A stretch of DNA of 64,000 nucleotides, taken from assembly GCA_907165135.1 (NCBI GenBank), contig OU015568.1, positions 5,580,001 through 5,644,000 of the forward strand, read 5' to 3'. The notes under the pieces are model-generated. The model was not told the DNA's origin. It ran no database searches and saw nothing but the letters and a program-made list of their open reading frames with translations. The DNA comes from Oikopleura dioica (taxonomy: Eukaryota > Animalia > Chordata). The position numbers and the translations under genes were made by a program. Each line of letters starts with the position of its first letter. The stretch's first letter is position 1. Positions 49,083-60,974 of the stretch are shown in pieces.

Positions 49083-49275
49083 TTAACCCCCTAGCGTATT
49101 TTTGAAAGCTTACCACGCAGGGGTTAAACTTCAAAATGCTTCTTTTTCAAAAAAAAAAAATTATTAACCCTTTCGTATTCTCTCAAAAAACAAGCATTTT
49201 GAAATTTAACCCCCGAGCGCATGTCTGAGGACCTGTCGCGCAGGCTTTTTGATTTCTTATGCGCTAGGGGGTTAA
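49083..49275. mobile_element. Cluster of tiny piggyBac-like elements (TTAA-CCCC...GGGG-TTAA)
   Basis: Units 49083-49127 and 49206-49275 are bounded by TTAA and CCC/GGG ends. Confidence 0.6.
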
Positions 49276-50140
49276 ATCTATTTGGACTTATAAAATCCTC
49301 TTTTTCGCCATTTTCATCAAGTTCGCCTCCTTCAAGAAAGAAAGTAGACCTCTGGTTGTAGGAGCACTCCAATCTCCAACATTGATATCAGCCAGCAGGA
49401 TACTGATAAGAGCATTCAATGTGCTGGTCGGATTTTTGGAGAAAAACGCGTTTCCAACGAATATAACGAAGTTTATCTCAAATCTCAAGACGTTTTATCA
49501 AAACGAAATTGATTTGCCTCAAGACCATTATTTTTGCAACTTCGCAGCAATGGGTTAAATTATTGAAAAAAAAAACGTGTTCTAACGTGTGAGAAAAAGT
49601 AAATAAGCCAATTTTTCGGGAATAGCCCGGGAGCTCGCGGGAAACGAGTTTTGTCGAGATCAACTGTCTTCCGGCAGAGACCCTTAGCGAACATTTCCTC
49701 AGTTTAGAAAAAGACTAGTGCCCCTGCCAAAGCTGACAATTTGGCAAAACTCAAGATGCGCCATTTCCTCCTTTTTGATTTTTCAATTTTTGTAATCTCC
49801 TGCCAAAACGCTCAAAGACGTCACAGCGGAAAAAACACGAGATTAATTTTGAATCGAAAAAGTTCAATTTTTCAATTTTTTTCAAAATTTTGAAAATTAA
49901 AAATTTAGTTAAAAAAGTACGTGTTCAAGAAAAAAGGCCATTGATTTTCAATTTTCCAGGGTGAATTCGCTGCTGAATTTTGGACGTCAGTTTTAAGCTA
50001 GCGCGAAATTTTACAAAGCTTCGCCTGTTTCCAAATTTTCGGCCGAGTGGGAACTACTAAGTGCGGACATGAAAAAGACCAATTCGCGCGAATGGGTTCA
50101 CTTTGACAGAATGGAAAAGATGATGCTGAATCGATTCGGT

Positions 50141-50475
50141 TTAACCCCCTAGCGCATGAAGGACAAAAAAGCGTGCACGAAAAGCTTTTTGAATACGCTA
50201 GGGGGTTAAATTTTTCGACGCATGGAAGAAAGGTTTTCCGGCTTCCGGGCTCGAGAACACGTGTAGAAAACCTGACTCAGGATTTGTTTCAAGAGAAAAC
50301 CCTTACGCAGCTTTTTCTCAAACCTTTAAAGAATCCTGACTCAGGTTTTCTACACAGGTTATTGAGCCGAGAAGTTGGAAAACTTTTGCTTTCCGCGTCT
50401 GGGAATTTAACCCCCTAGCGTATGCAGAAAAACTTTTGTATATGATAGTTTGTTTTTCATGCGCTAGGGGGTTAA
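50141..50475. mobile_element. Two inverted ~70-bp piggyBac-like units enclosing a family A MITE
   Basis: ttaaccccctagcgcatgaa at 50141 is exactly inverted, ending at 50475; each arm is itself TTAA-bounded. Confidence 0.7.
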
Positions 50476-51715
50476 ATATTGTGGGTTTCTTCAAATATAA
50501 GTCCAGACTTTTGTTTAAAAAAAAAATAATACAAAATTATCCACACCGGTTATTTTCCTTTTAATCCTTATCTAAATGCAACATGCTAATCAAATTAAAG
50601 CGCCTGAAAGAATAAAGCCGTCTGGAGAATTGAACAAGATGGCTTTTACCGCGAAAGCGATAAAATTCACGACTCATGTTCAGTTTCCTCGACGAAGATA
50701 AAAAAAAAAAGAAATCGGAAATTGGCGTTCTAATAATTTTCCCGTTTCTATCGGGTTATATAATAATATTTTCAAAAAACGCATTGAAATAGGAACCTTC
50801 CATTTTTCGCCTGATCCATTTTCGCGCTCTCTAATGAGTTGATGGAGAGCTGGGAAAGCGGCTTTACGGAAAAATAATGTGACGGGTCAGTGTTGAATTT
50901 CAGCATCGTTGATATTCAACGCCTAATTATTCACCGAATTAAAAAAACGAAGGTCGCCAGAGCTTCTGACTCTGGCGAAAAGGGCAGCAAACGAATTTTC
51001 CGGAAAAGGGTTATTGTTTTATTTTTCAATTTGAATATGAGTTCATTAAAAGTTGATAAAAAAATGAATATCAGAGATATAGGTCTGATTTCTCTTAAAA
51101 TTAAAAACCCAAAGAAAAAATTAATCAAAAAACTAGATGTTTCATTTGTTTTTCTCTGAGTTACGGTTTTTGAAACTGATTATTCTCGAATATCTAAAAA
51201 AATTGAGCCGTTTTTCTTGGGAATATAATAAACGAAAAAAATACTTTTTAATCTATTTTGAGCATTTTATATAAATTGAAAAAAAAAATTAATTATAATT
51301 ATTGATTTAAGTTTAATTAACTTTTTAAACATGAAATTTTACAATTCAATGGTTATAAATATAATCAATTCAGTAAAATTCAAATCAATCGCACAAATAT
51401 CTTCAGAGAAAGCCCTCTTCGCTCGATTAACTCGTTAGCGCCACCTTCGCGCAAAGCGCGCGCCGCGGACCGCGCGGTGGTAGAGGCGCTCTTTTCCGCT
51501 TTCGAGAAAAAATTCCAAAAGTCATCAAAACTTCAACTCTTTTCGCCAAACTCACTCGCTTGATTTACTTTTTAATTTTCAAGAAAAAGCTTCCTTATCC
51601 AGCCGATAAAGGTCTTCCATAAAAAATAGAGAGATAAATTGCCGCAAAAGAAGAAAATTGCTCAGGAAGAATTTGATAAAACTCAAAGAAAGAAAACAAA
51701 ATTGAAAAAAAAAAC

Positions 51716-54700
51716 ATGATTGCACAAGTGTTGAAAATCCTCTGTTTTGCGGCTCTTTTGGCCAAAACTTCTGCTAGGAGTAAAGGTTCGTTTTCATATC
51801 ATTTTTTCTTGAAAGAATGAATCTTTTTATGTTTTTTTCCTGATTTTTAGCCAAAAATTATGTGTCTGCCTCATTTTTGGCTCGAAAATCAGTGTAAAAA
51901 ACCTGAGTCAGGTTCTGAAGTGCTTAAATGAAAAGCCGCGAAGCGGCTTTTTTTTCAAACAAAGCTGCGGAGCGGCTTCGCAAAATTAGCTCTTTATTTT
52001 AGTTTTTTAGAAGCTTAGAACCTGACTCAGGTTTTCTTCACAGGCAAAAAGAAAAACAGGCTTATTTTTTTTAGAAAATAATTAGTTGAATGAAAGATAA
52101 AAAAAATATCTTAATTAAAAAAAAATCTTTCAAAAACGATTCTGAAATGCAAATTGAGCATATTCTTTTTGCGTGTCACACAAAATTGAGCATTTGCAGC
52201 AATGCGCAGTTGTAAATAGCTATTGTGTTTTTCGCTTTCGAAAAAAACGTGTTTCATTTAGTCGAAAATGTGGAAGGCCTTTGTACGCCAGAAAACGACC
52301 CCGGCTGCGATCACATTTGCGTCATGAATCCTCTTTACGGCGCGCTCTGCAATTGCCATTTCGGATACAAGGTGAGTTGATACAACTCTCATTCTAAAAA
52401 CCTTCATCTTTCTCTTTTAAAAATCCATTAAACCCGATTTTTTTTCGATCAATATTTTCTTAGATTTCGTGTTCTTCTGTTTTGACAGCGTTTTCTCAGT
52501 TCCTTTTAATCAAAACACCTCGTTTTCCAACAAAAGAAAATCAGTTGGAAAGAGTAGTTTTTGCTCTGGAAACATGAATTTCATTCAGCTCTCCTTTTTT
52601 TCCGTGGAAGGGACGTTCAAGCACTTTGGTTCTTTGGCACTTGGCAAGTTAATTTTAATTTTTTGACGGGAGATTTCTTTTTTATTCTTTTTTTTTCAAT
52701 GATTATTCAATTTTGCCGAAGATTTAATAAAAAAATGGAATGGTGTCTTGAACCGACAAAAATTTCGACAACTTTTGCGTGGAAATTTTCAACTAATCAG
52801 AAGCCTGGATTGGCAAACCGGTCAATCAGCAGCCGAGTAGCCGCCCACGCAAAATTTGTCGAAATATTTTTGACTCAAATGCTGTGCGCGCTCATTTGCT
52901 CAGGCGCTCAAATGCTCGGACGCTCTTTTGCACGGACACGAGCGAAAGAGTGTCCAAGCGAATGAGCGTTTGATTTAATTGGTCGACGATGAAAAATGTT
53001 ATACAGGACATAAACCATGATTTAGTGGTGCCAATTCTTAGAGTTTTATCGAAATAAATTCGGAACAATTTCGAAAAACACGAAATCATCGGGAAGAAAT
53101 GAAAATGGACATTATTTTTTTTTTCAATAAGTCATCAAGTGTTATGTAATAATTGTTCAGAATTGTTAAGATGATCACACAATGAGTCATTTTAGCGTAT
53201 ATTTAGAAAATACAGCATTTAGAGTGATAATACGCTGGTGATCACTTTTAATTGTTTATTTTCGGAGAAATATTCTTGTGCTAATTTTCGACCAATTAAA
53301 TCAAACGCTCATTCGCTTTGGACACTCTTTCGCTCGTGTCCGAGCAAAAGAGCGTCCGAGCATTTGAGCGCCTGAGCAAATGAGCGCGCACAGCATTTGA
53401 GTGTGCTCCGTTCAAGGCACCATCCCAAAAAAATTCGTTCAAACTCCCTTAATTTTTTTTCAATTGGAAGTTGAGACCCTTAAATCTATTCTCGTCAGGC
53501 AATAATGAAACAAAAAAAAATTACCGTTATTAAAAATTTTACATCATGCGAATTTGTTTCTAAAAAGGTCATTATTAGCTCTCAAGTAAATTGCGCTGGC
53601 CTTTTCACACGTTAGTCCCTTAATTTCTGTTTTCGCTCCCCCATTTCGCGTTTCGGGTTGCTGCTCTTTGCCAAATAGAGAAGCTGGCATTTGTGGCCGG
53701 GCCCAGAAATTACTCAACACACGCAAAACGACGAATTTGTCGCTTTCTAATTCCGACCCTTGAAGGTTAAGCTGTTCAACATTAATCGACTTTTTTCAAA
53801 CTCGGCAACCAGGAATACTGAACAACGGAATTCATGAAAAAAAAAGGAAATTTTGTAGAAAATTTTATAAAAGAGGAGTATCTCAATGAATTTTTCTGAC
53901 AAAAAGCAATTGAGGATATCAATAACTTTGAATTTTTTTTAAATCGGGATTGTTATAAACTTACATTAAAAAACTAATAAAAATAAAATCTTGCTTTTAA
54001 TAAGGGTGTGACTTTGCTATTTGAGAAAAAAATTTTAATTTTTGATGTGTAGACCCTTAAGTTTTCATAATTTTCTAAAAAGAACGGGTTTGTTTTTCCA
54101 GCGCTGCAGTAAATCCCAATTTGCGACTATAATTTCTCGAAAACGTAAATTTCGAAAAATGACCATAATTTCGTTTAGCTTTATGAAGATAAGAAAACAT
54201 GCGTTCTAACTCGCGAAATCCTCGAAGCTGGAGAGCGTGAGCTCGAAGAAAACTACGCCGTCCCTGTCGCCATTATCTGCCTTGTCGGCGCGCTAGGTAA
54301 AGAAATGTTAAAGAAAAAAGGGGGGCAATTATAACACCCAGCCTCGTGTTGCTCGAAAAGATAAAAGAGACTCTCCTGACAAGTCTGGGGGGAAATATGG
54401 ATAGATAGATGTAATTATACACTGATAAGAAAAGACCCACACGTTTCAATTTTTACAGTTCAGTCGGACTTCTCACTGTAAGAAATTTGATGAAAATTTA
54501 TTGAGAAGTTAAAATAACCAATCAAAATGAGTATTTTTTGTTCAAGATTGCCGACTCGGAGTCGAAAAAAAAAATATCGACAAATTTCGCTTGGAAATTT
54601 TCAGCCAATCAAAAGCCTTCATTCGGCTAACCGGCCAATCAGCAGCCGAGTAGCCGCCCACGCAAGATTTTTTCGAAATTTTTGTCGATTTCTGATTGGT

Positions 54701-55130
54701 CAAGCGCTTCTTATTGATTTTTTTTTGAGCGAAAGTGATGATTTTTGTCACTCTCTTGTCTCTATTTCTATTTTTATCACTTTTCGAATACAACTAGAAA
54801 TTCTGTAAAACAAATTTTGTCAACAAAAAGTAAACCCCGGTCTAATCACGATTGTCAAAAAAGGGTTCTTGTAACTCTTTGCCTTTCTGGGAAATAACGT
54901 GGGGAGGAGCCATAACAATCTTATCGCCTCGACTTGGATGCTTCGTTTTTTACTGATAAGCGCAAATTTTCTTTGTACTTGAGTACTATTAAAAAATCCC
55001 GATAACAGTCATTTGCCTTTTTGATTATGTAATAAACGTCGATTTAATTTCTGTTTTCAGTGATTTTCATCATGTCGGCAGTCACGTGGTATTGCGTCAC
55101 TAGAACTCCTGAAAGCTATCCTGCCTCGGT
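51716..55130 (+). CDS. Single-pass membrane protein with an EGF-like domain (partial model; middle and last exons uncertain)
   Basis: Signal exon MIAQVLKILCFAALLAKTSA (51716-51785); EGF exon CTPENDPGCDHICVMNPLYGALCNCHFGYK (52262-52371); TM split over ...AVPVAIICLVGAL|VIFIMSAVTWYCV. Confidence 0.55.
51877..52045. mobile_element. Family A MITE in an intron
   Basis: TIR cores at ~51902 and ~52021; hairpins. Confidence 0.7.
52873..53402. mobile_element. Long-TIR element (~115-bp arms) nested in a family B MITE
   Basis: actcaaatgctgtgcgcgctc...aattggtcga is near-perfectly inverted at 53288-53402; the family B host resumes at ~53405. Confidence 0.8.
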
Positions 55131-55810
55131 AATCGTATCGAATTATTAAGGAGCTCCTTTACCTAAAACAACTTGCAATTGCCCATAAATATTATTCCCG
55201 AAACTAAAATTTAAAATCACTTTCATTAAAAAAAAATTATCGATTACGTAAAAAATTGCACATTTAATTAAAAAAACTCAGTTTTGAGTCAAAAAACTTG
55301 AGTTACCAATAAATCAGCTTTCGACTCAAAATCTAATTTTTCGACTCAAAAAATTATTTTTTAGTCAAAAATGAGGAAAAATCGGCTCGAGCCGACAAAG
55401 AAAATGCGAAAAATTTTTAGCCAATCAGAAAGCTGGCTTTGGCCTTTAGGCCAATCAGCAGCTTCAAATAGCGCCAACGCAAATTTTGTCGCTATTTTTT
55501 GTCGACGCGACCTTCCTCGGAAAAAATCGCCATTTTTGTAAATAAACTAAAATCAATATGAAATGAGCATATTTCAAAAATTCTCATTTCAAATTTCCAA
55601 ATTTAAAATTTCCGAATTTTCAAAAAAGCCGTTTCAAAAAAGGGCCGTAAAGGAGATCAAGAAATGACGAAAGCAAAAACCACCGCGAAAAAACACGTGA
55701 CAAAATCAAGAAAAAAAAAGACAACGACAGAGGCTGTACAAATGAAGATTCCAATTTATTCTGTCAATAAACAAAAACTTCTAACTTTCAAAAACGTCTC
55801 TTTTTCGCAG

Positions 55811-55960
55811 AAGGTGTGTGGAACCGACAAAAAATTTTGAAAAATTTTCCGTGGTAATTTTCAACCAATCAGTAGCCTGGATTCGGAAAACCGGCCAATC
55901 AGCAGCCGAGTAGCCACCCACGGAAAATTTGTCGAAATTTTTAGTCGGTTCCAGACACCT
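55811..55960. mobile_element. Family B MITE
   Basis: ggtgtgtggaaccgac ... gtcggttccagacacc; partial copies at 54545-54690 and 55385-55510. Confidence 0.75.
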
Positions 55961-57231
55961 TCCTTTTTGATTGGTCGGTACTACCGACTCGGCAAAATAC
56001 AGCAATCTTATTGGTTTAGATCTTTTTTGGATTACCAATTAGATTGCTGTATTTGGCCTACCGGCCAATCAAAACCATGATCCATAAAATCACTTTAATG
56101 AATTCGTTTCACCCAATGAAAACCCTATTATACCTATAATTATTTAAATTTAGATTTTTGAGCGAAAACTTATAGAAAAAAATTCCCTGAGAAAAACCAC
56201 TTGATCGTCCAAATCATTTTAAGCAACTGGAAATAGATTCAAATCTTTCTAATTTCGTCAAATATCTCGCGATCACATGGCGCTCAAGCTGCCACAAGTA
56301 GCGGTACTGGCTCCGCTAAACGAGTGCTCTAACAAGGCTTATGCGCTGTTTTCGCGGTTTTTGAAAAAATAAAAAAGACCGAAACTGTGTTTTTAGACAG
56401 TTGAAGGGTAAATAAAAAGAGCTTGGGCGGTTTACTTTGGTTGTTGTCCGAAAATCAAAGAAAAAGAAACAGGTCGAGAGAGGGTTAAATTCATTTGTTC
56501 TCTTTTCGACAAATTCAATCTTAAGGGTGTCACAGTATAAATTTTTAAAGAGAGTGAGAGCTCAAAAGAAACCATCTTACCGATGATTTTTGATGATTGC
56601 CCCGAAAACAAAAGCCCGAATAAGCGACACCAAGCGAGCAGTTTTCATTTTCCTTCTTGCCTGGAGGACCCCTCTTGCTGGAAAAATTTAAAATAAAAAG
56701 AAGAGTAATCTTTTTCGAAGAATTTTTCAATTTACAAACTGTAACTGATTTCACTGGATTTATTCAAAGAAAAAAAATCATGTGAGACTTCAGAGGACCC
56801 CGGAGGACCTCACCTGATGGAAGATCTTGAAAACAAGAAGAAACCTAGCAGAATTTTTTTATGAGAAAAAAAAATATTTCTCAAAATCGAAAGTCAATTC
56901 CCAGTCAAAAAATCGTGGAGTGGAATTTAATCCCATAGGCTGGCGCGTCTTAAGCCGCCGAAATTACAATTTGGAAATCGTAATTACACCGCCCTGCAAA
57001 AATGTTTTTCCATGACGCGGTTGGCCAGTTCCTAACGAAAATAATCGGCGACGTTTTTCATACTTCGCGGACTCGTGGAAAAAGGTCGCAGCCTTCCGCT
57101 GATTTTCGGCGGTTTTGGAGAGAGCATCGCGGGGATCAAAAACGGATTATCGAGATGACCAGTCAAAATAATTCAAAAATCATAATTTCTGGAAAAAACA
57201 GACTTAACCAACTTATGGAAAAGAATTTTTA

Positions 57232-57375
57232 ATGACCAATTTTGCCAACCGGCCAATCAAAACCCTGATCTTTAAAATCACTTTCATAAACCCGAAAATT
57301 TGATTTTATGGGTCATGGTTTTGATTGGCTGGTAGGCGAAATACAGCAATCTTATTGGTTATCCGAAAATGCACT
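57232..57375. repeat. Family C double-CCAAT module (ccaataagattgctgtatttggcctaccggccaatcaaaacc), here as an inverted pair
   Basis: The same ~45-60-bp module recurs at ~4275, 15075, 15225, 18745, 21765, 24140, 35260, 55970, 56035 and 61215. Confidence 0.7.
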
Positions 57376-59138
57376 TTTATAAATTGGTTAATTCCACATT
57401 TTCTTCCTTAAAATGTCTGAATACAACCTCCCAAAGAAATCCAATAAGCCGTAGCCGCGAAAAACTTCCAGATCGCCGGAGAAATATGTATGTGGGTAGG
57501 AAAATGCTCGTCGCGATGAAAATTGCTATTTCCAAAACGGTGAGAACTCGCGGCGCGGATGGAACTTCTTTCGGCTTATTTTGTTTACCGCGAGCGAGCT
57601 CGAAAACAAGTAGTAATTTTTTTCCTCAAATTTTTTCTCAAATTTTTCTTGAAAAATGTTAATTTCTTTCAAAAGCAATCAGGAGAGTTATAGCGCTTGT
57701 GAAATTGAAGGAAACTCAATTTTCGAGTTTTGCTTATCGGGTTCCACCACAGTCGTCATCAAAGAAGCTTGTTATTAGGTCGGAATAAGCGATTCTAGGG
57801 CGCGTTCTAAGGAAGCGATTTTCGCTGAAAACATAAATACGACTGCGTCATCAAAGAATACAGATTTTATTCAAAAACAAGGATCGGAGCTTTCAAAAGA
57901 ACTGCTATTTGCGCTGCAATAAAATATTTTTCCTTGAAGTTGACTTTTATTTGATGAAGATGAAAAAATGAAGATTGAAATCAAAATTTGAAAAGTTGTC
58001 GATTACGTGAAACGCTAATCTTGTGAAATCGGCCGCGAAAGTAGCGAGATAATCTTATCTCAAAATTTTAAGCTGTAGCGTTAGAAAAACGTAAGATTTT
58101 GGGCTGCGGATAATTAGGGATTACGGCTTTGTCAGAAAAGAAGGAAGAGAGGAAAAAGTTGTGGAATACTTTCTTTTGGAGAGCTCACTTTTTCGCGCCG
58201 CGCAAAGGCTGAAATTAAGCCCTTTTTGATAAGGTACGAGCTTTATCGCCAGAGTTTTCTAAACGTTCTTCGTTTTTCGAGCTTTTTCTAACTGTCAGTC
58301 AGTCAAAATAACTTCCAGTTCTAAAAACTTACTGTAAAAAGCAAAATTTTTGATAAAAATTATTTTCTAGAATAATTCTAGAATTCTTCGAAAAATAACA
58401 AAATCATTTTAGAATCGAAAATTTACTAAAAAATATTTGAAAACTATATATTTTGTAAATTTTTATTCGTTTTAGTTAATCATAAAATTAAAATCAAACT
58501 AAAATTTTTGCCTTAAAAATTAATAAAAAATAAGCTTTACAACGAATTCATAAGGGCGTCACGAAAAAAAGTGATCTTTGAAAAGCGACTACTTTCAAAA
58601 CGCTCATTGTCCAATTTAAGTCGACAAAATTAAAAATTATCAATTTTAAATGATTATTTTGATAATTAAATTGCTAGTTTGATTTTAAATTTCACATAAG
58701 CGAGCTTTTTATAATACAAAGATAATTTAATAATTTTGAATTGGCCGGAAAAAATATAAATTTTTAGCCTTCGAACAGCCATAACTCGCGTGATACTTTA
58801 TGAAATCAAGCGATGAAGATATCAATCGAAAGCTTAGATTCTGAGGATTGGGGCAACGTAAAAATTATTATGTAAAATCGACTTTTCTGATTGGCCGAAA
58901 ATTTGAAATAATTATTTTGCCAGTGAAAATAATTTTTTTTCAAATTTCTTTTTCTTGCCCCATTCGTCAGAAGCTGAGCTTTTCACAGATATTTTAATCA
59001 TATGATTTCATCAATTCTAGCGTGAGATATGTCAGTTCGTAGGAATTTCAAAAAAATGTTCGTGCGCCTCAGGCTATGATAAGAGGTTTTTTTCAGGTGA
59101 TTTCGGGAGCTCGATAAGCCATAAAAACAACCCTATAA

Positions 59139-59295
59139 ATAGGGTAAATCACTAATAAATCGACTTTTTTTTTGGCTTAGTAGGGGGGTCATATAATACA
59201 TGATCCCCAGCTTCTGGGGATTCTAAAAATGTATTATACGCCCACCGTACTTAGCTAGAAAAAAAGCTCAATTATTAGTGATTTCCCCTACCTAT
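59139..59295. repeat. Imperfect palindromic element
   Basis: aaatcactaataa / ttattagtgattt, ataatacat / atgtattat, atccccag / ctggggat. Confidence 0.55.
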
Positions 59296-60485
59296 AAATG
59301 ATTTCTGTCAAAGACAAAATTTTTGTCAAAATCGAAAATTTATATTTTTTCCGGCCATTTTTACCAAGCTTGTTATCATTTTTCTATTTCTGATTGATTT
59401 ATAGAAATAACAAATTCTAGAAAACATGAAATTTAAAAATTATCATTATTATTCAGTAAATTTTTTATGGATTTTGCTCAGTCGAAAATGAATTATTCAA
59501 ACTCAAAATAGATTTTTAACGCTAACAATCTTTTAGTTATCCTACTAAAAAGGGGCTTCTAGCGCTAAAATCGCTAAATGAAGAGTGTTTTTGTCGACCT
59601 AGAAGAAGCTTCTTAATTCGATTAAAATAGGCAAAGAACTGGTCAAACAAATTTTTTACAGGAAAGAACATTCAAAAATAAGCGTATTTTGACTTTATAA
59701 AAATAATTTAAATATCAAAAAAATTAATAAAAAAAACTTTAATTCAGCCGAATCAACCTTCCTCATTTTCGTAAAAATTCTTTTCTAGAATCTTCAACCG
59801 ATAAAAGAACTGTAAACAAATTGGCTATAGAAAAATTCGAAATAAATTTATCTTGAATGAGTTTACGGGAAAACTTACAGACGAGACTGGTCAGCTCGAT
59901 GGCCGTAATCTCGTGTCTGGTTGAATTTTTATATCAGATTTGAAATATTTCAGCTGCCCGAAAAAAATGTAAATTCCTCTACTCACACATCTAGAATCGT
60001 GACGAGGCGCAAATTCCAGGATTTCAAAGATTTTAATGGGATCACCAAAATCTGTCCAAGCCAGATGGACAGGATTACATACAGTTCTAGCGCTCTGGTT
60101 CAGTTTTTCAACGATCAAAGATGTGTTTTTCAAGCACCATCTTTTTCTTCTCGAATTTCTTGTAGAAGAAAGCGCCCAAAAATGCAAAGAAAGCCGAGTT
60201 GTATTTGTGATCCTCTTATTTCGTGCATCGTGCTAGCGGATTTACTCATGAAAGCGAGATAAAATTACCAGATCGCCTGGGCCATCCAAAAAGCGGCTTC
60301 GCCGGATTACGCAATCTACATCTTTTAGAGTGCCCAGTTTGACAAGGCGATCGAAGATAAAGCGCAGCAGTTTTAGAATTGTTAAGAAGGGCGCGCCCAG
60401 ATTCACGTTTTCAGATTTCTATTCTTGGAATTTTTGAGTCGAAACTTTTTGGAATTGATGATTTGAATTCTGCTTACTTTCACTG

Positions 60486-60590
60486 TTGCCTGAGTATCTG
60501 TGTTCGAAACCTGAGTCAGGGTCTAAAGGATCCTTAAAGAAAACCCGCGTTTTTCCCTGACTCAGGTTATTTACACAGGTTTTCGAGAAA
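60486..60590. mobile_element. Family A MITE
   Basis: cctgagtcagg / cctgactcagg pair. Confidence 0.65.
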
Positions 60591-60974
60591 TTACTATTTT
60601 AAACAAACCATTTTCCAATCAAGTATCTCCATCAAGAAAATCCAAATTCTTGCCATCTGGTCCGGTCAAGACCCAAGGAGATCATCTTCCGAGCCGACTT
60701 TAATTATCCGGCATTCTTTGACCCAAGCAGCCGGCCGTATTCGTTAGCCACGTGTTTCCCTCTGACCGAATCTTCGAATTAGAGACAGTCTTCCTCATCG
60801 CAATGACTCAAATCACGTGGATCATCCACCCCGAAGTTGGCAATTTCACAATCTGCTAGATTCTAGCGAGGAAGCAATGAGGAACCACAAATGTCCGTGT
60901 TGAGTCTCTTTTTTTCAACCTGAGTCGCTAAAATTTCGTCAAAAAAAAAGAGCAAAACGAGAAATTGTAACAAA

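Noticed and set aside
59891-60420. Overlapping ORFs upstream of troponin T
   Set aside because: No consistent exon chain or motif; several stops in the most plausible frame.
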